From NCBI GenBank assembly GCA_030167145.1, contig CP126532.1:3600001-3632000 (forward strand): a stretch of 32,000 nt of DNA, written 5' to 3'. The stretch's first letter is position 1, and each line of letters begins with the position of its first letter. Below are positions 1 to 8,852 of this stretch, piece after piece. The notes below the pieces were generated by a model. That model was not told where the DNA came from and did not search any database. It worked only from the letters and a program-made list of their open reading frames with translations. A program made the position numbers and the translations under genes. This DNA comes from Ktedonobacterales bacterium (GTDB lineage: Bacteria > Chloroflexota > Ktedonobacteria > Ktedonobacterales > JADMIN01).

Positions 1-2
1 AA

Positions 3-602
3 ACGACCTACCGCGAAGTGCGCGCCGCCAGCGGCGACACGGATGTCTGGTGGCCGCCAGCCATTTCCATGGGATTACGCGGCGAGCCGCTGGAGTTGCG
101 TCTGCGGCGCTGCGGATTCGCCTACCGCCATGTCGTCGCCACGCATCTGGCCACGCATCTCGAAGCCGTGATCGAACAGATGGAACTGCTGTTACACGCG
201 CTCAACACCTTGCCGCCAGCAGGGGTGATCCCCGTGACCGCCCTGTACCAGGGCTTGTACGAATTGGCGTTTTCGTTGCAGGGCTATGTCATCCCCCGTC
301 ACGTGCTCGATCCCGATCCGCACACACCCGGCTTGCTCAGCGGCGTCCAGCAGCTACGGGCGCTGACGGCCAGCGACGACACCTCCATCGAAAGTGACAT
401 TGCCTGGGTCAAGGCCCAATATGCCGCGACACGGGCAATCCATACCGACTCCGGGTATCTCCCGGTCATGCGCGGCGATGTCTCCGTAGCGGCGGGAGCA
501 TGGGGCCAGGGCCGGCTGACTGCCCTGCGCGACTGGCAAGATACGCTCGCGGCGCTTGAATCCTTGCACGCCGGTTCGACCACTCAGCCTGGCCAGCGAT
601 AG
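3..602 (+). CDS. hypothetical protein, C-terminal part (ORF open to the window start)
   Basis: Frame 3 is open from base 3 with stop TAG at 600-602. Third codon positions are G/C-rich, as in the neighbouring genes. I recognise no motif. Confidence 0.5.
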   Translation, partial: TTYREVRAASGDTDVWWPPAISMGLRGEPLELRLRRCGFAYRHVVATHLATHLEAVIEQMELLLHALNTLPPAGVIPVTALYQGLYELAFSLQGYVIPRHVLDPDPHTPGLLSGVQQLRALTASDDTSIESDIAWVKAQYAATRAIHTDSGYLPVMRGDVSVAAGAWGQGRLTALRDWQDTLAALESLHAGSTTQPGQR

Positions 603-758
603 CTTTCTGTGGCATTCTTTGCCACACTGCATGGTGTGGCATCACACCACATTGTAATTTGCCGCGCCACATGTGGAAAATCCAGTACAACCTGGCCAAA
701 TCCATCACATATTGAGTAGCGAGATATTGCATTCCAAGTAGGCACGGGCCTGTGGGTG

Positions 759-767
759 TGGTATAGT
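759..767 (+). promoter_or_regulatory. extended -10 promoter candidate (TGgTATAGT) upstream of the MerR-like gene
   Basis: TG at 759-760, one spacer nucleotide, then TATAGT at 762-767. The same TGnTAnnnT pattern recurs upstream of other genes in this window. No good -35 is present. Confidence 0.35.
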
Positions 768-909
768 TGCCTACATACGCTCTACCGCACATCTCCTCTT
801 CAGGGGAGTCTCAGTGTGCTGAGTAATCAGTGTACTGTTGCTGTGCTGTTGTTGTGCTGTGTCCATTGTGCTGTGGTTTCGGGGATGTCAGGTGTCGAGG
901 TGCAACCAC

Positions 910-2076
910 ATGGATCATTATGGCTTCGTTGATCGTACTCAGCCACTCTCTGGCTCGCCTTCGCGAAAAGCAAGTGAACCGCCAAATCTCGCGCGCTATT
1001 CCAGCGCGCCCAGATACGACCTATCTATGATGGTTCAACTGCTGGGGGTGCGCCCAGTGGTGCTGGTGAACTGGGAGCAACAATATGGCATCCCATCGCC
1101 AACAAAAGTGCGTGATGATACGGGCGGTATCGTCCGCCACTATTCCGAACGCGATCTGGCGGCGATGACCTGGCTGCGCGATCAGCTAACGGACGGCATG
1201 CTGCTCGCCGACGCGATGGCACAGTTGGTGTCCGCGCAACAGCCGCCCGCTGTGGCGCGTCCCACGGCGGGCACACGCCCGCTGGGCGATCATCTGAGCG
1301 GGGCGCTCGGCCCTTCAGCGGCATCGCAGCCCCACTTGCCGGATCTGTACCCCATGCGCGGCCAGGGCGGCACCGGCGCCCTGACACAATCCGGCGCCAC
1401 GACCGGCAGCCTGTACGGGCGCGCACGCGAACCACGCCTCTTGATGCAAGAACTGGTGCGCGCCTTCGTCACCTTCGATACCACGACCGCGCATCGCCTG
1501 GTGAGCGAGGCATTGGGCGCGCGCAACGCCGAAACCGTCTGCATGAGCCTGCTGCTGCCCGCCCTCCAGCGCGTCAGCGAGATGTGGGCCAGGCGCGAGG
1601 CCAGTCCGCCGGAAGAGCGGTTCGCGCAGAACTATGTACGCGGCTTCCTCTTTGCCGAGTTCCATCACACCTTTGAGTCGCCGCACGGGCCAACAGTCTT
1701 CGTCACGTGCGCCCCGCGCGAGTTCTCGGATATCAGCGCATTGACGCTGGCAATGTTCTGGCGTAAAGCGGGCCTGCGGGTCATTTATCTGGGGCAAGAC
1801 GCCGACGCGCCAAGCCTGGTGGAAGAAGTGCGCAAGCGCCGGCCCGCGCTCGTGGCGCTGGCGGCCACCTCCGCACAGCGCGTGCGTACACTGGGCCGGA
1901 TCGCGCGTGAGGTCAGCCAGATCGAGGCGCCACGCCCCATCTTTGGGTTCTACGGCCCGATGTTCGTCCGCAATCCAGAACTCAAACGCAAGGTAGGTGG
2001 GGTCTATCTGGGCGATGACCCTGCCACCGCTACATTCCACCTGCGCAGCCTGCTGAGCATGAATACGACCGCCTGA
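910..2076 (+). CDS. MerR-family regulator with a CarH/LitR-like C-terminal B12-binding-type domain that lacks the signature histidines
   Basis: N-terminal MerR HTH (YDLSMMVQLLGVRPVVLVNWEQQYGIPSP...RHYSERDLAAMTWLRDQL). The C-terminal Rossmann-like block VFVTCAPREFSDISALTLAMFWRKAGLRVIYLGQD...ALVALAATS aligns with cobalamin-binding domains. ATG at 910 has GAGGTG 7 nt upstream; the track start at 838 is a TTG inside a TG-rich repeat. Confidence 0.8.
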   Translation: MDHYGFVDRTQPLSGSPSRKASEPPNLARYSSAPRYDLSMMVQLLGVRPVVLVNWEQQYGIPSPTKVRDDTGGIVRHYSERDLAAMTWLRDQLTDGMLLADAMAQLVSAQQPPAVARPTAGTRPLGDHLSGALGPSAASQPHLPDLYPMRGQGGTGALTQSGATTGSLYGRAREPRLLMQELVRAFVTFDTTTAHRLVSEALGARNAETVCMSLLLPALQRVSEMWARREASPPEERFAQNYVRGFLFAEFHHTFESPHGPTVFVTCAPREFSDISALTLAMFWRKAGLRVIYLGQDADAPSLVEEVRKRRPALVALAATSAQRVRTLGRIAREVSQIEAPRPIFGFYGPMFVRNPELKRKVGGVYLGDDPATATFHLRSLLSMNTTA

Positions 2077-2097
2077 ATCGCCCGGTGACGTGCGCCG

Positions 2098-4557
2098 CTA
2101 CTGCTCATCGTTGGGGGTGGCGGCGCGCTCGTCGGCAGCTTCGTCCGCGCCGTCGTCGGATGTGGTCGCCTCGGCTGGCAATTCATCGCGGCGCACGTAG
2201 TCCGTGCCGGTCCAGACGTAATCGTCGAGATTCAGGTTCCCTGCCGACATGCCCTCGCTCTCGACGTCGCTCCTCGCTTCGCCTGGGGCCGCTCCGGTCG
2301 GTGTCGCGCTACGGGATGGCGGACGAGTGGGCTTCTGGGGAGTCACAGTTCCGCCCGTGGCGGAGCGCGGCGCTGGGCGTCCGTTGGGCGTGGTCGCCTC
2401 GCCCGCTACGCTGACCGTACCGCCCACTGCGGGGCTGCTCGTCTCCTGTAGTGCGCTCACATAGCGCTTGACGGAATGCACCACACGGACGCCGTCCACC
2501 TGCTGGATACGAACGTAATCTGGGGTAACTTTCTGCGCCAGTTTCTTGGCCGTCTCCGCCTCGGCAATGATCTCGTCGGGCTGGATGATGCGCCACACAT
2601 TCACAATCGCGCCGGGCGTATTCTGATAGACATAGTACGCGCTGCGATGCTCTTCCGCGCAGATGCTCGCCGCCTGTGTCAAGACATGTTGCGCCTCTTC
2701 GTCGGCGAGATATGGCACATCAATCTCGAATGGGCGCACCGCCCGCGCCTGCGGCTCGGCGAGGTACAGGAACACCAGCGCGTGCCCATTTGCCGACTGA
2801 CACGCGCCGCGAATCACCTCTTGGTTATTCTTGGTAGATGACCCCAGCACCACCAGGCGCGAGTTGGGGATGGGGCGCAGGTCGCGCAGGTTGGAAATGA
2901 CATTGAAGATCGGCAACTCGCGCGGCTGACGCCGATACTGCCAGACGGCAATCGCGACCCCCAACACCGTCAGGCCGCCGCCAAATACTGTCGCCAGGGG
3001 CTTCGTCTTGAGATTGACGGCCCAGGCAATGACCACCAGAATCGTCGTCAGGATGCCGAGATAGTACTTGACGCTGGGCCACAGCGCGCGGGCACGCTCC
3101 GCCGCCGGGCTGGCGTAGCGCGCGAGCGCGGCGCGGGTGGTGGCGACGCTGCCGCCCAGTGTGACAAGCCGGTCCCAGGATTCCGCTGGCAGCCGCTGGC
3201 GCATCAGCGCCGCCACGCGCTCGCGCGGGGTCGGCATGCCGGGCACATCCTCGACCTCTTCCGCGCCATAGAGGTGTTCGTCCAGCGGGACTTTGTTGTG
3301 CCGCTCGCGCCAGCGAATCACATCCAGCGCGATACAGGTCAGCGAGAATGCGCCCAGCAACCCAAACGCATACATGTCGCCGAGCAGGTCAATACGCCCG
3401 CCGACGGCGATTAGCACCGCCATGGGGATGATTGTCGCCAGCGCAATCGAGATGTGGGGCGTATCGCGCATTTTGTTGCGCTTCCTCACGATATTGGGGA
3501 AGAACTTCATGCCCGATAGCGCCAGGAAGACATGGTATGCGCCGATGATGGCAGTATTGCTGGCGAAGACCAGCAGCGTCGAGGCAGTGATCGCGGTAAG
3601 GATTTCGAGCAGCCGCCCGCCAGCCGCGAAGCCAAGCTGCGAGATGAACTGGTTTTCCAGGCTCGTCAGATTGGTGACCTGCGGTGGGAACAAGCTCGTT
3701 TGCGCCAGCAGATGCGGGTGCGTCAACAGCACCGTCGAGAAAATGGTGAGCAGCGGGCTGGTAACGGCGACGGTGATCACTACGATAGTCAGCGCGGCGG
3801 TGACGGTTTTGTGGCGCGGTGTGCGCATCACCGGCGAGAGCTGCGAGATGCTCTCCAGGCCGGAGAACGCCAGGAACGCGCCCGCAAAGCCGGTAAGCAC
3901 CAGTGGAACAGTCAGGTTTTCGCCATTGGTGATTGCCTGAAAGACCTCACCGATCACATGCAACGGCACCTTGGCAAAGACGAGAATCAAAATCAGAATA
4001 TCACTGATGAACGCCACGACGGCAATGCCCGCGCTCACCACCGCGCTTTCGCGGATGCCATACCAGTTGAGCAGGCCGAGCAAGGCGATCAGAATCAGCG
4101 TGATGACAAGCTGTAAGACGATAGAACTGAGTCCGGGGAAGATGGTCTCAAAATACTGGACGCCTGAAAGCGAGCTAATCGCGGAAGTCAGAAAATAATC
4201 TACCAGAATGAACATGCCGCCGACCGCCCCAGCCCAGGGATTCAGCCCGCGCGCTGCCACCGTGACCACCCCGCCGCCTTCGGGGAATCGCACGCTTACC
4301 TCAGCGTATTTCAGCGTGAGCAAGAGGAAGACGCCGAGCGTCATGGTGACGAAGAGACCCGCGAGCGGCCCAACCTGGCCGTAGAGGATGCCGGGTGTAT
4401 AGTAAACGGACGTACCAATATCAGCGAAGACCACCGCCCAGCAAAGAAATGCGCCAAGTTTCTTGCCAGCATGTTCACCGCTGTGTTCTGGCCGTGCCGA
4501 TGCGCTCGACGCGACCACTTCAACATTCTGTGACACAACCTGATCCTTGTTCAGCAA
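2098..4557 (-). CDS. APC-superfamily permease (amino acid/cation transporter type) fused to a USP-like cytoplasmic domain and an acidic disordered tail
   Basis: About 12 predicted TM segments. N-terminal APC signature: FLCWAVVFADIGTSVYYTPGILYG...KYAEVSVRFPEGGGVVTVA. C-terminal alpha/beta block: RLVVLGSSTKNNQEVIRGA...ALVFLYLAEP. The start is uncertain: TTG at 4557, or GTG at 4536 which has AAGGA upstream. Confidence 0.8.
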   Translation of the reverse strand: MLNKDQVVSQNVEVVASSASARPEHSGEHAGKKLGAFLCWAVVFADIGTSVYYTPGILYGQVGPLAGLFVTMTLGVFLLLTLKYAEVSVRFPEGGGVVTVAARGLNPWAGAVGGMFILVDYFLTSAISSLSGVQYFETIFPGLSSIVLQLVITLILIALLGLLNWYGIRESAVVSAGIAVVAFISDILILILVFAKVPLHVIGEVFQAITNGENLTVPLVLTGFAGAFLAFSGLESISQLSPVMRTPRHKTVTAALTIVVITVAVTSPLLTIFSTVLLTHPHLLAQTSLFPPQVTNLTSLENQFISQLGFAAGGRLLEILTAITASTLLVFASNTAIIGAYHVFLALSGMKFFPNIVRKRNKMRDTPHISIALATIIPMAVLIAVGGRIDLLGDMYAFGLLGAFSLTCIALDVIRWRERHNKVPLDEHLYGAEEVEDVPGMPTPRERVAALMRQRLPAESWDRLVTLGGSVATTRAALARYASPAAERARALWPSVKYYLGILTTILVVIAWAVNLKTKPLATVFGGGLTVLGVAIAVWQYRRQPRELPIFNVISNLRDLRPIPNSRLVVLGSSTKNNQEVIRGACQSANGHALVFLYLAEPQARAVRPFEIDVPYLADEEAQHVLTQAASICAEEHRSAYYVYQNTPGAIVNVWRIIQPDEIIAEAETAKKLAQKVTPDYVRIQQVDGVRVVHSVKRYVSALQETSSPAVGGTVSVAGEATTPNGRPAPRSATGGTVTPQKPTRPPSRSATPTGAAPGEARSDVESEGMSAGNLNLDDYVWTGTDYVRRDELPAEATTSDDGADEAADERAATPNDEQ

Positions 4558-4699
4558 TCGTACACGCCTGATGGCGGCGTTTGCTGATGCCCTGCGCTCT
4601 CCCTATCGCGGGCGCGCAAGACCCGCGCCAGCGGGCGAGATGCCTGATGTGGCTTCCACCCAGAGAGCGCGGGACGCCAGCAAAAGCAGTACGGCACAC

Positions 4700-6073
4700 T
4701 CAGACTTTATGCTGCGAGAGCCGTAACAATATTCCAATGATGATAAAATTTGCGATCAGCGAGCTACCGCCATAGGCGACAAAGGGCAATGGCACACCTG
4801 TCAATGGCAGCAGCTTCAGATTACCCGCGAGAATGACCACCGTTTGCAACGCGAAGACGGCTGTCAGGCCCACCGCCATTAACTGGCTGAAGGTGTCACG
4901 TGCGCGCACCGCCACGTGCAGTCCCCGGTAGACCAGCAGCATGAACAGGCCGATCAGCGCCAGGATGCCCGCGAAGCCGAACTCCTCGCCGAAGGATGAG
5001 GCGATGAAGTCGGTGTTGGATTCGGGAACGATCCACGGCTTGCCCAGCCCCAGCCCTGAGCCGAAAATGCCGCCATGCGCGAACGAGATCAGCCCTTGCA
5101 CGATCTGGTAGCCCGCGTCATTCGGCACGCTGAAGGCATTCGTAACCAATTGCAAACGCGTATTCGCATACGGGAAGATGCTAAAGGCCGCATATGCGCC
5201 CACCGCAAAGATCAGCAAGGAAACGACCACATACGCGGGGCGTCCGCTGGCGACGTAGAGCAGCGAAAGGAATAACCCGAAGATCAGCAACGCCAGACCC
5301 AATTCGCGTACACCGACGACGATCACCAGCGCGATCCCAAGCATCGCCACCATCGGTCCCAGGTGCTTGAGCGGCGGCAGGGTGAACGGCCCAACTTTAT
5401 AATGCGAACTGGCGAGCATCTCACGGTTCTCGTCCAGGTAGCCCGCGAAGAAAATCACCAGGCAGATCTTGAGCAATTCCGACGGCTGGAACGCCAGCAA
5501 GCCGGGGCCAATCGTCAGCACGTCGCGGCTGGGGGCGTTGGTGCTAAAGCTGTGGGCGCGGACGAGCGTGATGCCGACGAGCACGATTCCCGCGATCAGC
5601 CAGGTGTACTTGAAGTCGCGCAACCGGCTGAGATTGCGTGTCGCGCGCACCGTCACGATGCAGACGCCCAACCCCAGGATAACGAAGAGTAGTTGCTTCG
5701 CGCCCAGCGAATCAACGCCGAGATCCGGCCCCAGCCGCAACGCCATGATCACCCCGATGCTGCTGAGCATGCCGGCGATGGGTAGGAGCGTCTGGTCGGA
5801 GTCGGGCGCGACGATGTTCAGCAGAATATGCGCGATGCCCAGCGCGGCGATGAGGCCAATTGCCGGGCCAAACGCATCCAGCGGGGGCAGGGTCGTGCTG
5901 GTGACCGTAGTGTTGCTGTGGACGATGAGCAGCTCAAAGAGTCCTAGCAGCATAAATGCGGCGGGCAAGAGCAGCAGCCATAGCTCGGTCCAGCGATAGT
6001 GACGCCGGTCAATGCGCAGGTTGCTCCAGATCGAAGGGCGGGCGGACGCTGTTGGCACAGGGGCGGTGCTCAT
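4700..6073 (-). CDS. SEDS-family cell-wall polymerase (FtsW/RodA/SpoVE family)
   Basis: 10-TM protein ending with the family motif LPLTGVPLPFVAYGGSSLIANF. ATG at 6073 has GGGAGG upstream. It lies directly downstream of two FHA genes, as RodA does in the actinobacterial fhaA-fhaB cluster. Confidence 0.9.
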   Translation of the reverse strand: MSTAPVPTASARPSIWSNLRIDRRHYRWTELWLLLLPAAFMLLGLFELLIVHSNTTVTSTTLPPLDAFGPAIGLIAALGIAHILLNIVAPDSDQTLLPIAGMLSSIGVIMALRLGPDLGVDSLGAKQLLFVILGLGVCIVTVRATRNLSRLRDFKYTWLIAGIVLVGITLVRAHSFSTNAPSRDVLTIGPGLLAFQPSELLKICLVIFFAGYLDENREMLASSHYKVGPFTLPPLKHLGPMVAMLGIALVIVVGVRELGLALLIFGLFLSLLYVASGRPAYVVVSLLIFAVGAYAAFSIFPYANTRLQLVTNAFSVPNDAGYQIVQGLISFAHGGIFGSGLGLGKPWIVPESNTDFIASSFGEEFGFAGILALIGLFMLLVYRGLHVAVRARDTFSQLMAVGLTAVFALQTVVILAGNLKLLPLTGVPLPFVAYGGSSLIANFIIIGILLRLSQHKV

Positions 6074-6078
6074 AGTGC

Positions 6079-6549
6079 TTACCGGCCTCCCTTTTGTCCG
6101 TCCAGCGGCGCGAACTTGAAGCGCACATCGCCCACCTGAAGAATCGAGCCAGGCGTCACCGCCACCCGCGTGGTCACCTGTCGCTGATCCACGAAGGTGC
6201 CGTTGCGGCTATCCATATCTTCGACCCAGAGCGATTGATCTCTGAAAAGAATGCGTGTGTGTTCAGTTGAGGCAAACGTGGTATCCACGACGATGCTGTT
6301 GGTGGGACCGCGGCCAATGGTGGTGATCGGCTCGATGGGAAAGCGCGAGCCAGGGACCAAATGCGTTGAGCCGCTGTCTACGACGACGAGATAGCCCACC
6401 ACCGGACGCGCCGCCGTGGTGGCCGGGGGCGCGGCGTTGGCCAGCCGCATGTCGCGGCGCGAGACGGCGACAATCTGGAGGATGACGAGATATAAGATGG
6501 CGACAAGGCCCACTCGCAGAGCCAGCACAACAATCGCATTACTTTCCAT
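6079..6549 (-). CDS. membrane-anchored FHA-domain protein (FhaB/FipA-like)
   Basis: N-terminal TM helix (AIVVLALRVGLVAILYLVILQIV) followed by an FHA core: TIGRGPTNSIVVDTTFASTEHTRILFRD...VEDMDSRNGTFVD. Confidence 0.85.
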   Translation of the reverse strand: MESNAIVVLALRVGLVAILYLVILQIVAVSRRDMRLANAAPPATTAARPVVGYLVVVDSGSTHLVPGSRFPIEPITTIGRGPTNSIVVDTTFASTEHTRILFRDQSLWVEDMDSRNGTFVDQRQVTTRVAVTPGSILQVGDVRFKFAPLDGQKGGR

Positions 6550-6558
6550 CGGCCTACA

Positions 6559-7347
6559 TCACCTCCGCTGGAAGACAAATTCATGGCTGCCCACGCCTAC
6601 CAGGTCATTATTCTTAAGCGGAACCGGGTTGTGCGTCAAGACACCATTGATACCGACACCATTTGTGCTACCCAAGTCGTAGAGCACAAACTGGCCGCGT
6701 TCGTAGCGAATCTCAGCATGGAAACGCGACACCCGCTTGTCGTTGACCACCACATCGTTGGTCAGATGACGCCCGATGTGGATCACCGCTTTGGTGAGGC
6801 GCTGCGGTTCGCCGCGCGCCGGTTTATACAGCGTGAGCCAGGCAGGCGGGAGCGCCTCGTCTTGCTGCGCCTGCGCTACCTGCTGCCGAAGCTGTTGCGC
6901 CTCTTCCGGACTCATCGTGCGTGTCTCATCCGCGCCCGCCGCGCCCGCCGCGCCATCCGCGCCCATCTGCGCGTAGTGCGGATCGCGGTACTCGGCATGG
7001 GCGCGGATCTGTCCGGTGATGAGGTTGCCATCCTCCTGAAAGTCTATGCGCGGGCGCATACTCAGCGTGTAGCCACGGTCACGCGCGACGGCGATCAAAG
7101 ATTCCTGGAGTTGATACACCAGTGAGCCAAACTGGGGTTGCAGCGCGGAATAGTCACGATGGCTCAAATACACGGCGTAGATGTTCGGAGCATTGCGTCG
7201 GTCCTGGCTGATCTGAAGATTGTTCTCCATCTCGCGGGCGAGTCTGCGTTGCAACTCGACGGGCTGCACGCTCGACCGAAAGACCTTCCCGAATGATCCT
7301 TCCACAATGCCCTGCATCATGGACTCGAATTTTCTCAGCAGGCCCAT
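6559..7347 (-). CDS. FhaA-like protein (DUF3662-type N-terminal domain plus C-terminal FHA domain)
   Basis: N-terminus MGLLRKFESMMQGIVEGSFGKVFRSSVQPVELQRRLAREM. C-terminal FHA: IGRHLTNDVVVNDKRVSRFHAEIRYERGQFVLYDLGSTNGVGING. Its start overlaps the ribF stop (TGATG). Confidence 0.85.
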   Translation of the reverse strand: MGLLRKFESMMQGIVEGSFGKVFRSSVQPVELQRRLAREMENNLQISQDRRNAPNIYAVYLSHRDYSALQPQFGSLVYQLQESLIAVARDRGYTLSMRPRIDFQEDGNLITGQIRAHAEYRDPHYAQMGADGAAGAAGADETRTMSPEEAQQLRQQVAQAQQDEALPPAWLTLYKPARGEPQRLTKAVIHIGRHLTNDVVVNDKRVSRFHAEIRYERGQFVLYDLGSTNGVGINGVLTHNPVPLKNNDLVGVGSHEFVFQRR

Positions 7348-8318
7348 CAGGGGTCTCTCCTATCCTCGTCCTCGCCGCGTGTCTGCGCGCGGGCCAGGCG
7401 TTCGCGCGCCTGTTGGGCGTCCGCCGCGATCTGCGCGGTCAGCTCCGCCACGCCAGCGAACCGGCGCTCATCGCGCAGCCGGGCGACGAACTCGACGCCG
7501 ATAGTCAGCCCATACAGGTCTATATTCATGTCCAGCAGGTGCGCCTCCACCAGCAGCTTTGGCTCGCCGCCGAAGGTCGGGCGCACGCCGATGTTGCAGA
7601 CACCCGCATGTGTGGCCGTCGTCTCGCCCGGCAGCCGCGCTCGCACCGCGTAGACGCCATTTGCCGGCAGGGTGATGCGCGCGTCGCTGCGCAGGTTCGC
7701 CGTGGGGAAGCCCAGCTGGCGGCCACGCTGGTCGCCCAGTACGACCTCACCTGAGAGCATATACGGACGCCCCAGCAGGCGCGTTGCCGTTTCAACCTGA
7801 CCCGCACGCAGCGCCTCGCGGATGCGGCTGCTGCTGATGCGCTGCCCATCCTCGGTGACCTCCAGGCTTTCCACAGCGAAGCCGCGCCGCGCGCCCTCCG
7901 CGCGCAAGAAGGCGAGGTCGCCTTGCCGCTGATGGCCAAGCGCAAAGTCTGGACCTTCCACCAGCACACGTGGCGCGCAGAACGTGCTGATGCGATCCAG
8001 AAACGCCTCCGCGCCCTCCGCCGCTAGCTCCGGTGTGAACGGGATGACCACGGTGGCGTCGAGCTGGCCGGGCGCGGCGAGTGTTGCCAGCCGTTCATCG
8101 AGAGTGGAGAGTAGCGAGGGCGCCGTCTCTGGCTGGATCACTGCCAGCGGGTGCGGCCAGAAGGTGACGGCAACCGCGCGCAAGTTTTGCTCACGAGCGA
8201 GTTGCCGCGTGCGCGCCACCAGCCGCTGATGGCCCAGGTGCATGCCGTCGAATGCGCCGATGGTCAGCGCCGCCGGTCCGAGCGATACCTCCCCGTTGGG
8301 GGAATAATAGACGCGCAT
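7347..8318 (-). CDS. ribF: bifunctional riboflavin kinase / FMN adenylyltransferase
   Basis: Motifs GAFDGMHLGHQ, GFPTANL, GVCNIGVRPTF and EAHLLDMNIDLYG. ATG at 8318 has GAGGAG about 12 nt upstream; the track start at 8396 adds 26 residues with no support. Confidence 0.92.
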   Translation of the reverse strand: MRVYYSPNGEVSLGPAALTIGAFDGMHLGHQRLVARTRQLAREQNLRAVAVTFWPHPLAVIQPETAPSLLSTLDERLATLAAPGQLDATVVIPFTPELAAEGAEAFLDRISTFCAPRVLVEGPDFALGHQRQGDLAFLRAEGARRGFAVESLEVTEDGQRISSSRIREALRAGQVETATRLLGRPYMLSGEVVLGDQRGRQLGFPTANLRSDARITLPANGVYAVRARLPGETTATHAGVCNIGVRPTFGGEPKLLVEAHLLDMNIDLYGLTIGVEFVARLRDERRFAGVAELTAQIAADAQQARERLARAQTRGEDEDRRDP

Positions 8319-8534
8319 AGGTCGCGTATGCTCCTCAATTGCCGCGTAATCCGCGTTACCGTCCGGTATACTACCACGGCTGAGCGCCGCCCGCAATTTG
8401 CTGCGCCCTTCGGCGGTGCGCTGGCCACCACCGCATCATGACACACGCATCTTTGGCCGCGCTATGGTGTTGCTCACAGCGCCCCTGGCGAATGAAGGAG
8501 TGAAGCGGGCTAGCCAAAGCGACACAGGCCTCCC

Positions 8535-8563
8535 TTGCGTTTCGCGCCGATCATGCCTATACT
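8535..8563 (+). promoter_or_regulatory. sigma70-type promoter for tRNA-Ser (TTGCGT-N17-TATACT)
   Basis: -35 TTGCGT at 8535-8540, a 17-nt spacer, and -10 TATACT at 8558-8563, which is 30 nt upstream of the tRNA 5' end. Confidence 0.55.
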
Positions 8564-8593
8564 GAAAGAGTGCCACGCGGCTTCGCTGGCATT

Positions 8594-8676
8594 GGAGGGA
8601 TGGCAGAGTGGTCGATTGCGGCGGTCTTGAAAACCGCTAGGCGAGAGCCTCGTGGGTTCGAATCCCACTCCCTCCG
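8594..8676 (+). tRNA. tRNA-Ser (anticodon UGA), type II with long variable arm, no encoded CCA
   Basis: Acceptor stem GGAGGGA/TCCCTCC. Anticodon stem GCGGT/ACCGC with loop CTTGAAA. Variable arm GGCgagaGCC. T-arm GTGGG-TTCGAAT-CCCAC. Discriminator G at 8676. Confidence 0.95.
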
Positions 8677-8772
8677 CTCATACATAGACCCGACACCAAT
8701 CCAGAATTCATCCACGTTCACACACTCATCTCACCTCAGATTACCTACAACAACCAACCACCCTACCGCTCT

Positions 8773-8796
8773 TGACAGCAAAACTGACAGCAAAAC
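8773..8796. repeat. perfect tandem duplication of TGACAGCAAAAC (2 x 12 bp)
   Basis: Read directly from the sequence. It sits in a G-poor, lower-GC spacer between the tRNA-Ser and the 3' end of the integrase remnant. Confidence 0.9.
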
Positions 8797-8852
8797 CTCC
8801 AAACTACCGTTCCAATATCAATCAAGCATTTCGCTCAATAGGAAGCGGACTA

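Noticed and set aside
830-909. Cys-rich peptide starts (MLCCCCAV... and MYCCCAVVVLCPLCC...) that could be a Cys-sensing leader peptide or a metal-binding N-terminus.
   Set aside because: The Cys runs appear in two frames at once because the DNA is a TGTGCTG repeat. Both starts are non-ATG with no RBS. The MerR HTH is preceded by a good GAGGTG-N7-ATG at 910.
1315-2040. A 241-aa minus-strand ORF, plus the analogous shadows at 3293-4116 (+), 11727-12539 (+), 21513-22277 (-) and 22792-23106 (+).
   Set aside because: All are shadow ORFs opposite genes with recognisable motifs (MerR/CarH-like, APC permease, Mo enzyme, lipoprotein, rho). None has an independent signal.
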